IMG/VR virus record: IMGVR_UViG_640753051_000003
Origin: an uncultured virus (IMG/VR IMGVR_UViG_640753051_000003)
Taxonomy: Duplodnaviria; Heunggongvirae; Uroviricota; Caudoviricetes
Strand: one strand, 5' to 3'
DNA: 33,085 bases
This document shows positions 8,247 to 16,610 of this stretch, piece after piece. Below the pieces are notes generated by a model. That model worked only from the letters and a program-made list of their open reading frames with translations. It was not told the DNA's origin and did not search any database. Numbering within the stretch: position 1 is the stretch's first letter; each line of letters starts with the position of its first letter. Both the position numbers and the translations under genes were made by a program.

Positions 8247-9388
8247 CACTTAGCTCCCTTCGTCTGCCAGGCCGATTCGAGTTCGGAGACCATGGACTTG
8301 TGAGCGGTTGCGGAGGTGCTGGCGTCAGAAGTCTGCGTGAGACCCTGCTGCACAACGGTGCGGAAAGGATCGGCGCCGTTCTTGCTGGCGTCCTCGACGA
8401 GCATGTCGAAGCGAGCGTCGATGTAGGCCTCCGACTTGTCGGCGACGGCCGCATCGCCAAGCTTGGCGACAACCACGGCCTTACGGATGGCAGCGTCGGA
8501 CAGGCCTTCGGTCTTGACGTCCTTCGCCAGGACCTTGGCCTTGGTGACCAGGTCGGCGCGGCCCTGCACGCGCTTGTCGAGATCTGCGTCGGAAAGGATC
8601 TTCCCTTTCAGAGCATCGATCTCGGCGTCCTTCTTCGCCATCTCCGCATCCTTGGCGGCCAGAGCCGTCTGATGTGCCTTCTCGGCGTCTGTGAACTTGG
8701 TGTTGGCGTCGGCGATGCGCTGCTGGAGCGTGCCGATCACCGTGGCACTCTGGTCGGTTACTTCAACCGGGATGCCATCGACGGTAACCGTCTTTAGGGT
8801 CATGATCTTGTCCTCTTTCGGTTTCTGATCACTGGTGAACGGGGCAGCGCCCCACGACCTCACACCGTCACCGATGCGAGCTTCTGATCCAGCGCGGCCG
8901 CGCTGCACGATGGCGACGTGGTTGATCCGGATGTCTTTCTGGATGGCGTCGTACTTCTCGCCCGCTGGCGTGGTGCCCGGTTCCCAAGTGAGATCGCAGG
9001 TGTAGCCGGCGGAGAGCTCGCGCTTGCCGCCCTCGATCTCGCTGATGGTGGCACCATCCATGACGATAAGCGGCACTCGGACGAACTCACCATCTCGGGC
9101 GACCTCGTCGCCGATCTGGCCGACTGAAAGTGCTTTCCAATTGTCGGCGGTGACGGCTTCGTCCGGATGATTGTTCGTTACCGGCTTGTGCGCGTAGCTG
9201 CCGAGGCTGGCCTTGTCGAAGACCTGATCCTCGGGCCGGTAGACCTTCACGGTTGCCATTTCCGGCTTGCCGACCTCATGGCCGGCATAGAGCTGGATGC
9301 CAGTGCGGGCGGTGCGCACGTCAGCAACAAGGTAGCCGTCGGCGGTCCGCCGCGTGCCCGCGATCGGTGCTAAGTCAGTGAATTTCAT
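8246..9388 (-). CDS. DUF2213 prohead protease/scaffold
   Basis: TADGYL...ARTGIQ.Y...P.T..HP...ELSAGY...NHVAIV.RGRAG followed by a coiled-coil C-terminus. Confidence 0.9.
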   Translation of the reverse strand: MKFTDLAPIAGTRRTADGYLVADVRTARTGIQLYAGHEVGKPEMATVKVYRPEDQVFDKASLGSYAHKPVTNNHPDEAVTADNWKALSVGQIGDEVARDGEFVRVPLIVMDGATISEIEGGKRELSAGYTCDLTWEPGTTPAGEKYDAIQKDIRINHVAIVQRGRAGSEARIGDGVRSWGAAPFTSDQKPKEDKIMTLKTVTVDGIPVEVTDQSATVIGTLQQRIADANTKFTDAEKAHQTALAAKDAEMAKKDAEIDALKGKILSDADLDKRVQGRADLVTKAKVLAKDVKTEGLSDAAIRKAVVVAKLGDAAVADKSEAYIDARFDMLVEDASKNGADPFRTVVQQGLTQTSDASTSATAHKSMVSELESAWQTKGAK

Positions 9389-9397
9389 GGTTGCCTC

Positions 9398-9426
9398 AAA
9401 AGAGAAGCCGCCCTAGTGAGGACGGC
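9398..9426 (-). terminator. Intrinsic terminator between portal and protease genes
   Basis: GCCGTCCT-CACT-AGGGCGGC stem followed by TTCTCTTTT on the minus strand. Confidence 0.55.
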
Positions 9427-9529
9427 AATGGCAATTCGAACGAAGCAGCGAGATCAGACCATGGTCCGTTACCAAGACTTCAGCCACGGGCTAGGTTCTG
9501 GACGTTCATAACAGTCGTGGAGTTTCGTC

Positions 9530-9622
9530 GTGACGAAGGTTTTGGTTGCCGCGATGGCATTGGTAATGGTTGGCTTCTGGGGTTCCGTCGGCGTCCTGGT
9601 TTACTCGCTACTTGCATCTTAG
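9530..9622 (+). CDS. 30-aa membrane micropeptide MTKVLVAAMALVMVGFWGSVGVLVYSLLAS
   Basis: GTG start with GGAG RBS; hydrophobic throughout. Confidence 0.5.
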   Translation: MTKVLVAAMALVMVGFWGSVGVLVYSLLAS

Positions 9623-9690
9623 TGAGTAGCGAGACCGGTTTTCGTCCGTTATAGTCCTCTCGGCAATGGAGGTTGCCTACGGAGGATTAC

Positions 9691-9783
9691 ATGAGCGACA
9701 CCGCATTTGGTTTCCTGTTGGCGGCTGAGTTGTCGGCCTTGTTCTGGGCCGGTCTTTTCATGGTGATTTTCTCCACCACTTGA
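9691..9783 (+). CDS. 30-aa membrane micropeptide MSDTAFGFLLAAELSALFWAGLFMVIFSTT
   Basis: GGAGG RBS 5 nt before the ATG; hydrophobic helix; stop abuts the portal stop. Confidence 0.6.
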   Translation: MSDTAFGFLLAAELSALFWAGLFMVIFSTT

Positions 9784-11160
9784 TCAGCCGCTCGGATTCA
9801 TTGCTGCAGATGTCTGTGTGGCTGCCGCGGCGCGCTCTTCCTCATCCGGCTCCTGTTCAGAAAGCTTGCCGTACTCCTCGATCGCTGCATCGAGACCGGG
9901 CAGCGAGCCGTCTTCGATGAAGGTGTTGACCAGAGCATCGGAAACGGCATCGCGAGGGATGATCTCCTGTCCCGTACCGCTTCCGACCAACTGCCGAGCC
10001 GCGTCCGCTTTCGTCTTGAAGACGTCGGCCTTTTCCTTCTCCGACATGCCCCAGAGCGGCGCCCAGTCGTAGTAGATGTCCGGGTCGCGAGAGCCGAGAG
10101 CGCTCCGGATCAGGCACTCGTCGAGGCGCGCCATCGCCGGCGTCATCTCGACGGTCTGCATAGCCTGTAAGCGGTCGTAATAGTTGCGCAGGTCGCTTTC
10201 GCCGGTGGCGTTCATGCCGGCCGGCGACTGGCCGAGAAGTCTGGTAGCCGGAATGTCCGCGGCGCCGGAGACGATCTGCAGGAACGACATCAGGACTTCT
10301 GGCAGCGTGGCGAAGCTGGCCGTCTTCTGCTCGTATTCCTCTTCCTTGTCGAGCAGCAGGTCGCCGTTTATGCCCTTTGCCGTCGCCGCAAGCGTATAGC
10401 GCTCGAGGATCTTGGCGCGGTACTCTGCGTTACCGAGGTTCTGCATGAAATCCGGAATACGGATCACGTTGACCTTCGCCTCGAAAACGAGGCTGGCAAT
10501 GTTCGCCGCGGTACCGTCGGCCTGCTTGATTGCATCGACCACCGACAAGAGGACGCTGTCGCCCCAGCCGGCATAGGTGGTCGTTACGATGTCCTCGTCC
10601 GGCTGCTGGCTGCCGTTGAAGATGACCAGGCGCGACGGATGTATTTCGATTTGCGCGCCATCGGCCGAGTTCAGCTGATAGACCTTCGGCTTGCCATACC
10701 ACTCCGACGCCGGATCTCTTTCGATCTTGCCGGCGGTGAGGTGGCGGCGCGTCATGACCGTGAGGTATTTCAGGCCGCCCTTCGTGATGCGCTCGACGTC
10801 GAGCGGCGCCGTCAGGTCCTTGTCGCCGGTACCGATGACGAGAGCAGCGCCGCCCCAGAGTCGCGCTTTGATGCGGGTCTCCAGCAGCTTGCCCATAACG
10901 TTCAGCCGCTTCTCTTCGGCCTCGATCGCTTCGATCTGCGGCTTCTTCGCCTGCCAATCGCGCCACGCACGGATGCTGTCGAATGCCGGGATGTCTACGA
11001 TCTTCTTCGGGAGCCACGCGCCGCGATAGGCGTTGAGCAGTTCCTCGTCGGTGAGCATTGGCATCGAATAGACGTTAGCCGCTGCCTTGTCCCGGCTGGT
11101 ACCCAGGCTGGCGACTATGTTTGTCAGGCTGTCGCGTACGAACGCGATAATGTTGGCCAT
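9784..11160 (-). CDS. Portal protein (DUF1073 family)
   Basis: ARLWGG, IHPSRL, GWGDS, ADIPATRLLGQSPAGMNATGESD..NYYD motifs; follows the terminase. Confidence 0.93.
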   Translation of the reverse strand: MANIIAFVRDSLTNIVASLGTSRDKAAANVYSMPMLTDEELLNAYRGAWLPKKIVDIPAFDSIRAWRDWQAKKPQIEAIEAEEKRLNVMGKLLETRIKARLWGGAALVIGTGDKDLTAPLDVERITKGGLKYLTVMTRRHLTAGKIERDPASEWYGKPKVYQLNSADGAQIEIHPSRLVIFNGSQQPDEDIVTTTYAGWGDSVLLSVVDAIKQADGTAANIASLVFEAKVNVIRIPDFMQNLGNAEYRAKILERYTLAATAKGINGDLLLDKEEEYEQKTASFATLPEVLMSFLQIVSGAADIPATRLLGQSPAGMNATGESDLRNYYDRLQAMQTVEMTPAMARLDECLIRSALGSRDPDIYYDWAPLWGMSEKEKADVFKTKADAARQLVGSGTGQEIIPRDAVSDALVNTFIEDGSLPGLDAAIEEYGKLSEQEPDEEERAAAATQTSAAMNPSG

Positions 11161-11168
11161 GTCCGCTC

Positions 11169-12500
11169 CTAAACGTTTGTCAGCGTGAAGGACGAACCTC
11201 CAAGCATCAACTCGGTGAGAGCCCAGACCAGGGCGTCGGCCCGGTCAGGTGAACCCTCTCCGAGGTATCCAGATGGCGTGAAATTGCACATCTGGTCTTC
11301 AAGGTCGGGGAAGTCTCCGACGTGATGAACCTTGCCCTGCTCATACAGCGCGCTGATAGGCTCTGCTCGCACCGCTTTGCCTCGGCTGGCGACAACTTCC
11401 TTGAAGGGCGCGGTCTTGTCAGCCGTCGAGACGGTGAAGCGCACCATGTCGCCGCCAAAGTTCCGTTCCCCAATGATCCGGTGCGCCTGGTGGCGATGGT
11501 AGAGGTCGGCCGCTCGCCTGCCCCATCCTTCTGGCGACAACTGGCAGGTGCCATCCTCAAGAATGTAGCCATGCCCATCGATGCCGAGGCCGGCGACGAC
11601 GATACCGATATCGTCACCCGCGCCATCGCCTCTCGTACCGGAGGGGTCGACGGAAACGACGATGCGCCGCATTTCAGGAGCGCTGGCGACACGCAGGCTG
11701 TCTATTCCCGGCATCAGCTTCCCGTCGGGCGCCTTGCGATCCTCAAGAGCCCACAGAGCGCCGCTGACTTCGCTGGCCCATTCTCCGGCCTCAAACCGCA
11801 ACCTCTTCGGCGCGGACATCGAGGCCAGAACCTCGAAATACTCAGGCGGCAGGTTCTCCGAGTTGTCGGCAGGATTCACCTGCATCTCGGCATAGTCTTC
11901 CGGCTTGGCCAGCTTCTCCTTCGTGCCCGGCTTCATCTTCGCCCGGAACATCTGAAAGCTCCAATGGAGCTTAGACGGCGGGTTGCAGTCGAAGTAGGCC
12001 TTGAGGGCTAGGTACCTTCTGCCTGTCGCGGCGGCGATCGCTGGAGCGAGTTCGCACTTCTGCGCCAAGCGAGACATCGCCATTTCGACGGATGCCCAAG
12101 GGATTTGGCTGCTCTCGTTGAAGTAGAGAGTGGCGTATTCCTGCCCCAGGATCTTCTCGACCCGCTCCTTATCATCGAGGCCGGCTATCCAGATCTGTGA
12201 TCCGTTCGGCAGCGCGACATAGAAGTCGGTCTTGTCAAACCTCACCCGAACCGACGGGAAGCAGAGGGCCAGAACTTTGGGCAGCGTATCGGACCAGACC
12301 GATGTCTTCGCGTGGTTGAACCGAAACCTGAATATGACGTGCCGCGAACCCGGAGCGTTTATCGCTCGCTGGATCAGCGCCCGACAAAGAACGAACGTCT
12401 TTCCGGAACGAGACCCGCCGCGGAGCATGATGTTGCGCGCCGGGCCGGCAAGGAGGCGATTAGCCTCTCGCTGTTTCTCCGTTAATCGAGCTACCTGCAT
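11169..12500 (-). CDS. terL: Terminase large subunit
   Basis: Walker A GGSRSGKT, YFNE Walker B variant, DCNP, nuclease VDP and SPDRADALVWA. Confidence 0.95.
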   Translation of the reverse strand: MQVARLTEKQREANRLLAGPARNIMLRGGSRSGKTFVLCRALIQRAINAPGSRHVIFRFRFNHAKTSVWSDTLPKVLALCFPSVRVRFDKTDFYVALPNGSQIWIAGLDDKERVEKILGQEYATLYFNESSQIPWASVEMAMSRLAQKCELAPAIAAATGRRYLALKAYFDCNPPSKLHWSFQMFRAKMKPGTKEKLAKPEDYAEMQVNPADNSENLPPEYFEVLASMSAPKRLRFEAGEWASEVSGALWALEDRKAPDGKLMPGIDSLRVASAPEMRRIVVSVDPSGTRGDGAGDDIGIVVAGLGIDGHGYILEDGTCQLSPEGWGRRAADLYHRHQAHRIIGERNFGGDMVRFTVSTADKTAPFKEVVASRGKAVRAEPISALYEQGKVHHVGDFPDLEDQMCNFTPSGYLGEGSPDRADALVWALTELMLGGSSFTLTNV

Positions 12501-12503
12501 GCG

Positions 12504-13004
12504 TCACAGTTCGGCATCCTCTGGCAAGACATTGAGGCTCATGCTCCCAGAGTGCTCGACACGCTCGATGAACATACCGAGGTGCTTGGCGAGCTTCTCC
12601 AAGGCGCTGTTCTTGTCCCAGACCTTAATCTTGTGGACGTGCTCGACCTCACCGTCGCCGGTGTTGCGGATCACCACTTCGACCGAAGCGACTGCTGCGG
12701 CTGTGTCATCATCCCACTCTTCGGGTCGAAGCAGCCTGCCGTTCGCATCGAACACGCGGCGAAGATCGGAGAAGCCGATACGAGACAGCTCTTTCAGAAC
12801 ACGTTCAACGGTCGCTTCCGCCTTGAGAGCGCCCTTACCCTGGATTTCGGCTACGCGCTCTTGAATGCTTTCATTTGCATTCAAACGTGCTGCATTTCCT
12901 CTGTTGGCTTTGAAGCCGGCGACGACATACGCCTCATCGACTGTATTGCCTTTCGCGCGGGCCTGCGCGAACTTCTCGTGCCGTGCGTTTTTCAGGATGG
13001 GCAT
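12504..13004 (-). CDS. terS: Terminase small subunit
   Basis: RHEKFAQ...AY..AG...AARL...VLKEL.RIGFSD...DK..ALEKL.KHLGMF. Confidence 0.93.
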   Translation of the reverse strand: MPILKNARHEKFAQARAKGNTVDEAYVVAGFKANRGNAARLNANESIQERVAEIQGKGALKAEATVERVLKELSRIGFSDLRRVFDANGRLLRPEEWDDDTAAAVASVEVVIRNTGDGEVEHVHKIKVWDKNSALEKLAKHLGMFIERVEHSGSMSLNVLPEDAEL

Positions 13005-13024
13005 GAGCTAACCTTGAGGCGACA

Positions 13025-13498
13025 ATGTATTTCCACGTGAGCGAAGAAGACTGGCAGGCTGGTGACGTAATCCAGCCAGGAAAATTCGGCAGAAGCATCA
13101 TCGAGACCTCTCAACCCTCGATAAAAGTGAACGTGGCCGGCGCACAGATATCCCCACTGGTCCGCAACTTAATGTGGGAATCCGCTCTAGAGGCGAGCAG
13201 GATCGCTTGGGTGCCAGACGCCCCGAGCCGAGGGTCCGTCGTTTTCCTCAACGAGACTTTGGCGCTTGCCCAACGTTTCCGCGACAGGTTCAATCAAAAC
13301 CATAGGATCTTCCGCGTCGCTCCTGTCGATGACAACGCCAACCGGCACCGAGGCGACGTCGCAATCTTTGAAGACGTTCCCGAACCGCTTTTCACCAGCC
13401 TGGCGGAGCGCTGTCGTCTGTATTGGGTTAACCCAGATCCACAGTTCCCTGAGATACTATGGGAAGGCGCCGTCCGGGTTGAGGCCGACGTCGAGTGA
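13025..13498 (+). CDS. DUF2441-like protein with predicted ADP-ribosyltransferase fold (moron)
   Basis: YFHV......GD.I.PG start, WE..LE..R....P..PSR...VF, YW...PEIL..G.V.V end; GAGG RBS. Confidence 0.7.
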   Translation: MYFHVSEEDWQAGDVIQPGKFGRSIIETSQPSIKVNVAGAQISPLVRNLMWESALEASRIAWVPDAPSRGSVVFLNETLALAQRFRDRFNQNHRIFRVAPVDDNANRHRGDVAIFEDVPEPLFTSLAERCRLYWVNPDPQFPEILWEGAVRVEADVE

Positions 13499-13588
13499 TT
13501 GACGTCCCCACCTCTACCCTTACCGGAGGCCTGTGGCCCTCGAGCATGCGCCACTGTTTAGACGGATTCTTTTTGAACGCTAGAGACC

Positions 13589-13675
13589 ATGGACAAAGCA
13601 GTCGAACGGATCGCGATCGCAGTGATCATCGCCTCTGCCTGCACGCTGGCGTGGCTGGTGTTTGCGTTCAGCTGA
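13589..13675 (+). CDS. 28-aa membrane micropeptide MDKAVERIAIAVIIASACTLAWLVFAFS
   Basis: Hydrophobic helix; weak AGAG RBS; same MDKA start as the 14033 ORF. Confidence 0.5.
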   Translation: MDKAVERIAIAVIIASACTLAWLVFAFS

Positions 13676-13823
13676 GCGAGGAAAAGATCAGCAGCCACTG
13701 GTATGTCGATCTCCGGACCACCTGATCAAGCCGGTAGCCGTTGGCCGCCCACTCGTTGATGAGCGCTTCCATGCCCGGCAGACCCCCGGGGCCTGAATCG
13801 TATTCGACGACGCGATAGGACAT
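13668..13823 (-). CDS. DUF4177-like small protein, copy 1 (51 aa)
   Basis: MSYRVVEY...INEWAANGYRL.QVV...W.LIF; GAGG RBS. Confidence 0.75.
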   Translation of the reverse strand: MSYRVVEYDSGPGGLPGMEALINEWAANGYRLDQVVRRSTYQWLLIFSSLS

Positions 13824-14032
13824 GGTGACCTCTTTGTGGGGAGTAGCCCGCCCGTACACTTCGGCGAGCGGCAGCGGGACTTTTTTATATGGGAGGGCGT
13901 GAGCTAAGCGATGCCTTTTAGCACGTATACCGTGCGCCACTCGCGCTGTCACCATCAACTATGACAGGCCCCGGTGAGGGAACTTCACCGGTGTTGCCTT
14001 GCTTTGCTCGCATTCATAGATCGTGTTGGGGG

Positions 14033-14170
14033 ATGGATAAAGCAGGCATCGCATTTATGGCACTAATACTCGTCCTCATCTTTCTCGTGATGAGCATCCT
14101 GGCAGTCGATCGAACATCGATAGAGGGGCACCCGAATACGCAGGCGCTGGTTCCTACCAGCTACCCCTGA
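14033..14170 (+). CDS. 45-aa membrane-anchored peptide
   Basis: MDKAGIAFMALILVLIFLVMSILAVDR...; upstream GGAAC-N19-TT motif starting at 13979. Confidence 0.55.
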   Translation: MDKAGIAFMALILVLIFLVMSILAVDRTSIEGHPNTQALVPTSYP

Positions 14171-14171
14171 T

Positions 14172-14249
14172 TCGTTGCGGCGACAGGGTTCGACTTGCGG
14201 CTCTCCAGCTTATGAAGCTGACGAGTTACCGGGCTGCTCTACGCCGACA
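14172..14249 (-). pseudogene. Degenerate tRNA-Met(CAT), initiator-like
   Basis: Minus strand TGTCGGCGTAGAGCAGCCCGGTAACTCGTCAGCTTCATAAGCTGG...TCGAACCCTGTCGCCGCAACGA keeps the fMet D arm and CAT anticodon, but the T arm is broken and there is no CCA. Confidence 0.75.
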
Positions 14250-14389
14250 TTGCGGCTGAAGATCAGCACCCACCGGTAGGTGGTCTTGTAGACGGCCTGG
14301 AATAGCTCGTAGCCCTTCGCGCGCCACTCGTTGGCGACACGATCGAGGTCGTCTTCTTCGCCTTCCACTTCCACAAAGCGGTAGTGCAT
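14210..14389 (-). CDS. DUF4177-like small protein, copy 2 (59 aa)
   Basis: MHYRFVEV...ANEWRAKGYELFQAV...W.LIF; GAGGAG RBS. Confidence 0.75.
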   Translation of the reverse strand: MHYRFVEVEGEEDDLDRVANEWRAKGYELFQAVYKTTYRWVLIFSRNVGVEQPGNSSAS

Positions 14390-14407
14390 CAGCGGTCTCC
14401 TCAAGCG

Positions 14408-14435
14408 AAAACCCGCCCCTGCGAACAGAGACGGG
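14408..14435 (-). terminator. Intrinsic terminator after the secreted-pair cassette
   Basis: CCCGTCTCTG-TTCG-CAGGGGCGGG followed by TTTT. Confidence 0.7.
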
Positions 14436-14481
14436 CTGGCAATGTCAGAACGGAAGGCGGCTAACGGCCTGCATCCGTGAT

Positions 14482-15459
14482 TCAGCGGGCCGGAAGTTCT
14501 CCGATTTCCTCGCGCTCCGGTGCGGCGATCACCCTGTCAGCCTTCTCCTGGGCTTGCGCCGAAGGCTGGTTGCAACAACTATCAAAAACAGTCTTTGCGC
14601 GCTCGGTGGCTGCGGCTCTTTCTGCACCGCTCAGTTCGTTGTATGGCTCCGTCTCGAAAGAGAATTTGCCGGAATCGAATGCCTCCCCTTTGGATTGTTG
14701 GGCGACCATGGACCACATGGCCGATGTAGTCATGTCTTTTTGCCCGTAGGCGCTGAGGCCGGTCAGCAAGGCGGCAAGCTGGGCGCCTCTCAGATTTCCC
14801 TGTTCAGTCAGATGCACCGCTTCGTTCAGCCAATCCTTGTAAACGGCGGGATCGACGTCGAAGGCCTTGTTGGCAAGCTTGGCTTCGGCCCGGGCGGCAT
14901 CTACGGCGCGGAAATCCTCGAACAAGACAATGCCCTTGGCATTGACATCCCCCGCGGCCGCGGCTTCGCGCATCAAATCGCCGGAATTGCGGATGTCTTC
15001 CGCGGTGACACCGCTGCACTGCACCTCCATCGTGCGAATCTTGAAAGCGGTGGCGGCGACAAGATCTTCGAAGTTCCTGTCGCCGCTTTTTTCCAGTTTT
15101 GCGGCATCGGCCAGATCCTGGTCGTGATGGCTCCGAGATTCGAAATAGTCGGCGCATACCCGCGCCAGAATCGCTGCGCCGTAGGCGGGGTGCCCCCCGT
15201 AATCCTTGGCCTGCAATGCATATTGCGCCGGATCCAACAGATCAAATCGAACGGGAGCTTGAGGGTCGGCAGCCAACTCCTCATTGTTGGATATGAGGAT
15301 CTGATTCGGGATCGCAGGAGATTGCTGCTGGGAAATCTGTGGCAACACCTCGGCCATTGCTGCAATTCCATCCGACTGGACCGCCAAAGCTGTAAGCGAT
15401 ACGAGAAGGACGCGCAGCAATTTCTTTTTGCCTGTTGCCTTTGAGTCGTAGATCGGCAT
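14482..15459 (-). CDS. Exported alpha-helical protein with Sel1-like repeats
   Basis: Basic plus hydrophobic N-terminus; MREAAAAGDVNAK, EQGNLRG and GQKDMTTSAMW segments; LS..E...A..RA......CC tail; AAGGA RBS. Confidence 0.75.
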   Translation of the reverse strand: MPIYDSKATGKKKLLRVLLVSLTALAVQSDGIAAMAEVLPQISQQQSPAIPNQILISNNEELAADPQAPVRFDLLDPAQYALQAKDYGGHPAYGAAILARVCADYFESRSHHDQDLADAAKLEKSGDRNFEDLVAATAFKIRTMEVQCSGVTAEDIRNSGDLMREAAAAGDVNAKGIVLFEDFRAVDAARAEAKLANKAFDVDPAVYKDWLNEAVHLTEQGNLRGAQLAALLTGLSAYGQKDMTTSAMWSMVAQQSKGEAFDSGKFSFETEPYNELSGAERAAATERAKTVFDSCCNQPSAQAQEKADRVIAAPEREEIGELPAR

Positions 15460-15534
15460 TTTTTATCCTTGGATTTTGACGCCAGCCCACTGCTTTCAAT
15501 GGGCCGGCCGAAGATTCGAACGGACAAATGCAAT

Positions 15535-16305
15535 TCAAGATTTCACGTCGGCAGCCAGTTCCTTGGCGTAGGCGGACATATCCCTGCCGTCATCGTTGAA
15601 GGTAACCAGCTTCTTCTCAGCGGCCGCTTGCGCACGGGCCCTGCTATCCCAGAGTTCGTCGCAGAGTATGGACTGCGTGCGGGTCGAGCAGCCGTTTCTG
15701 CGCCATTCGCTCGACCAATACGCCGCATCGTTCAAGGCGCGCGCGATATCGCGGTAATTCTTCTCCATGGCCAGAAATGCGTTATTTACTTTTGTCTTGT
15801 CGTCGACGATTTCGTCGTAGTTCGGCTTATCGGTCCTTTTCGCCTTGTCGATGGCATTGTGCGCAGCAGACATTTCGGAATCGGTCTTTTTGAGAGTCGC
15901 CTGCGTCGCCCATCCGCAGGCGCTGGCGGCGGCGGCCACGCTCCCGGACTTGACGATTGCCTTGATGTGCGACGCAGCTCCAGGCCCGTCGGCCGGCTTC
16001 CACGTGGCTACAACGGCGGCAGCGGTAGAGCCGCAAAGATTGGTGAACACAGCCTTGGTAAAGGCGCCCTTGCTTTCTCCGGTTGCCACGGTAATGATGA
16101 TATTGACCACGCCAACCGCGCTCCAGCCAGCCCAGCCGCGCCAATCGAAATATTCCTTGATCAGATTTGCGGTGGTCCAAATACCGCTCAGGATCTGGCC
16201 ATTGTCCGGCGTGACAGCATGCGCCGGCCCTGCCAGCAAGCTGCCCGACAATAGCCAGGCACAGGCGATTTTTGAAAGCTTCCTCGGTGATTTTTGCTTA
16301 TTCAT
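15535..16305 (-). CDS. Secreted hypothetical protein (signal peptide, hydrophobic Gly/Ala region, coiled coil)
   Basis: MNKQKSPRKLSKIACAWLLSGSLLAGPAHA/V signal peptide; the frame stays open upstream to the DUF4177 remnant ATG at 16431. Confidence 0.8.
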   Translation of the reverse strand: MNKQKSPRKLSKIACAWLLSGSLLAGPAHAVTPDNGQILSGIWTTANLIKEYFDWRGWAGWSAVGVVNIIITVATGESKGAFTKAVFTNLCGSTAAAVVATWKPADGPGAASHIKAIVKSGSVAAAASACGWATQATLKKTDSEMSAAHNAIDKAKRTDKPNYDEIVDDKTKVNNAFLAMEKNYRDIARALNDAAYWSSEWRRNGCSTRTQSILCDELWDSRARAQAAAEKKLVTFNDDGRDMSAYAKELAADVKS

Positions 16306-16403
16306 GTTTTTATGTCGCGCTTCGTTTTGAGTCGGCGAATTAACCGAAAAGTTCATGCTGGGTTGGCGGATGTGGTGCCCTTGCCGGGCATACTCGTAGG
16401 CTA

Positions 16404-16460
16404 AATCGTATTCCACGACGCGGTAGCACATGGTGACCTGTTTCTGTGCGAGTAGCACCG
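16404..16460 (-). repeat. Truncated duplicate of the DUF4177 copy 1 5' end (matches 13796-13850)
   Basis: AATCGTATTCCACGACGCGGTAGCACATGGTGACCT versus AATCGTATTCGACGACGCGATAGGACATGGTGACCT; MCYRVVEYD versus MSYRVVEYD. Confidence 0.85.
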
Positions 16461-16610
16461 ATCGGTTCGCTTTTTCGAGGGGTGCCGGGACTAGTTACAT
16501 GGGAGGCGGCTGGCTGAATGCTGCCTTCCAATCGCCTTGTACAATACGCCACTCGCGGCTGGCCACCTTGATTGAAGGCTTTTGTCCAACATTACTGTTA
16601 TTTCATGTGA

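Noticed and set aside
3887..8797. Several long plus-strand ORFs opposite the head genes
   Set aside because: Shadow frames of well-supported minus-strand genes, with no RBS or motifs
9662..9677. GGCAA-TGGAGG-TTGCC hairpin as a CsrA/Rsm site before the 9691 peptide
   Set aside because: Single short stem; cannot be distinguished from chance
9784..11160. Portal read as an anti-CBASS Acb1 protein, a label sometimes attached to DUF1073 proteins
   Set aside because: Size, position after terL and motifs fit a portal; no separate HxT/HxT phosphoesterase domain is visible
13979..14004. Fourth EcfG-type promoter
   Set aside because: GGAAC is present but the -10 is GCTT rather than (C/G)GTT; kept only as weak support for the 14033 peptide
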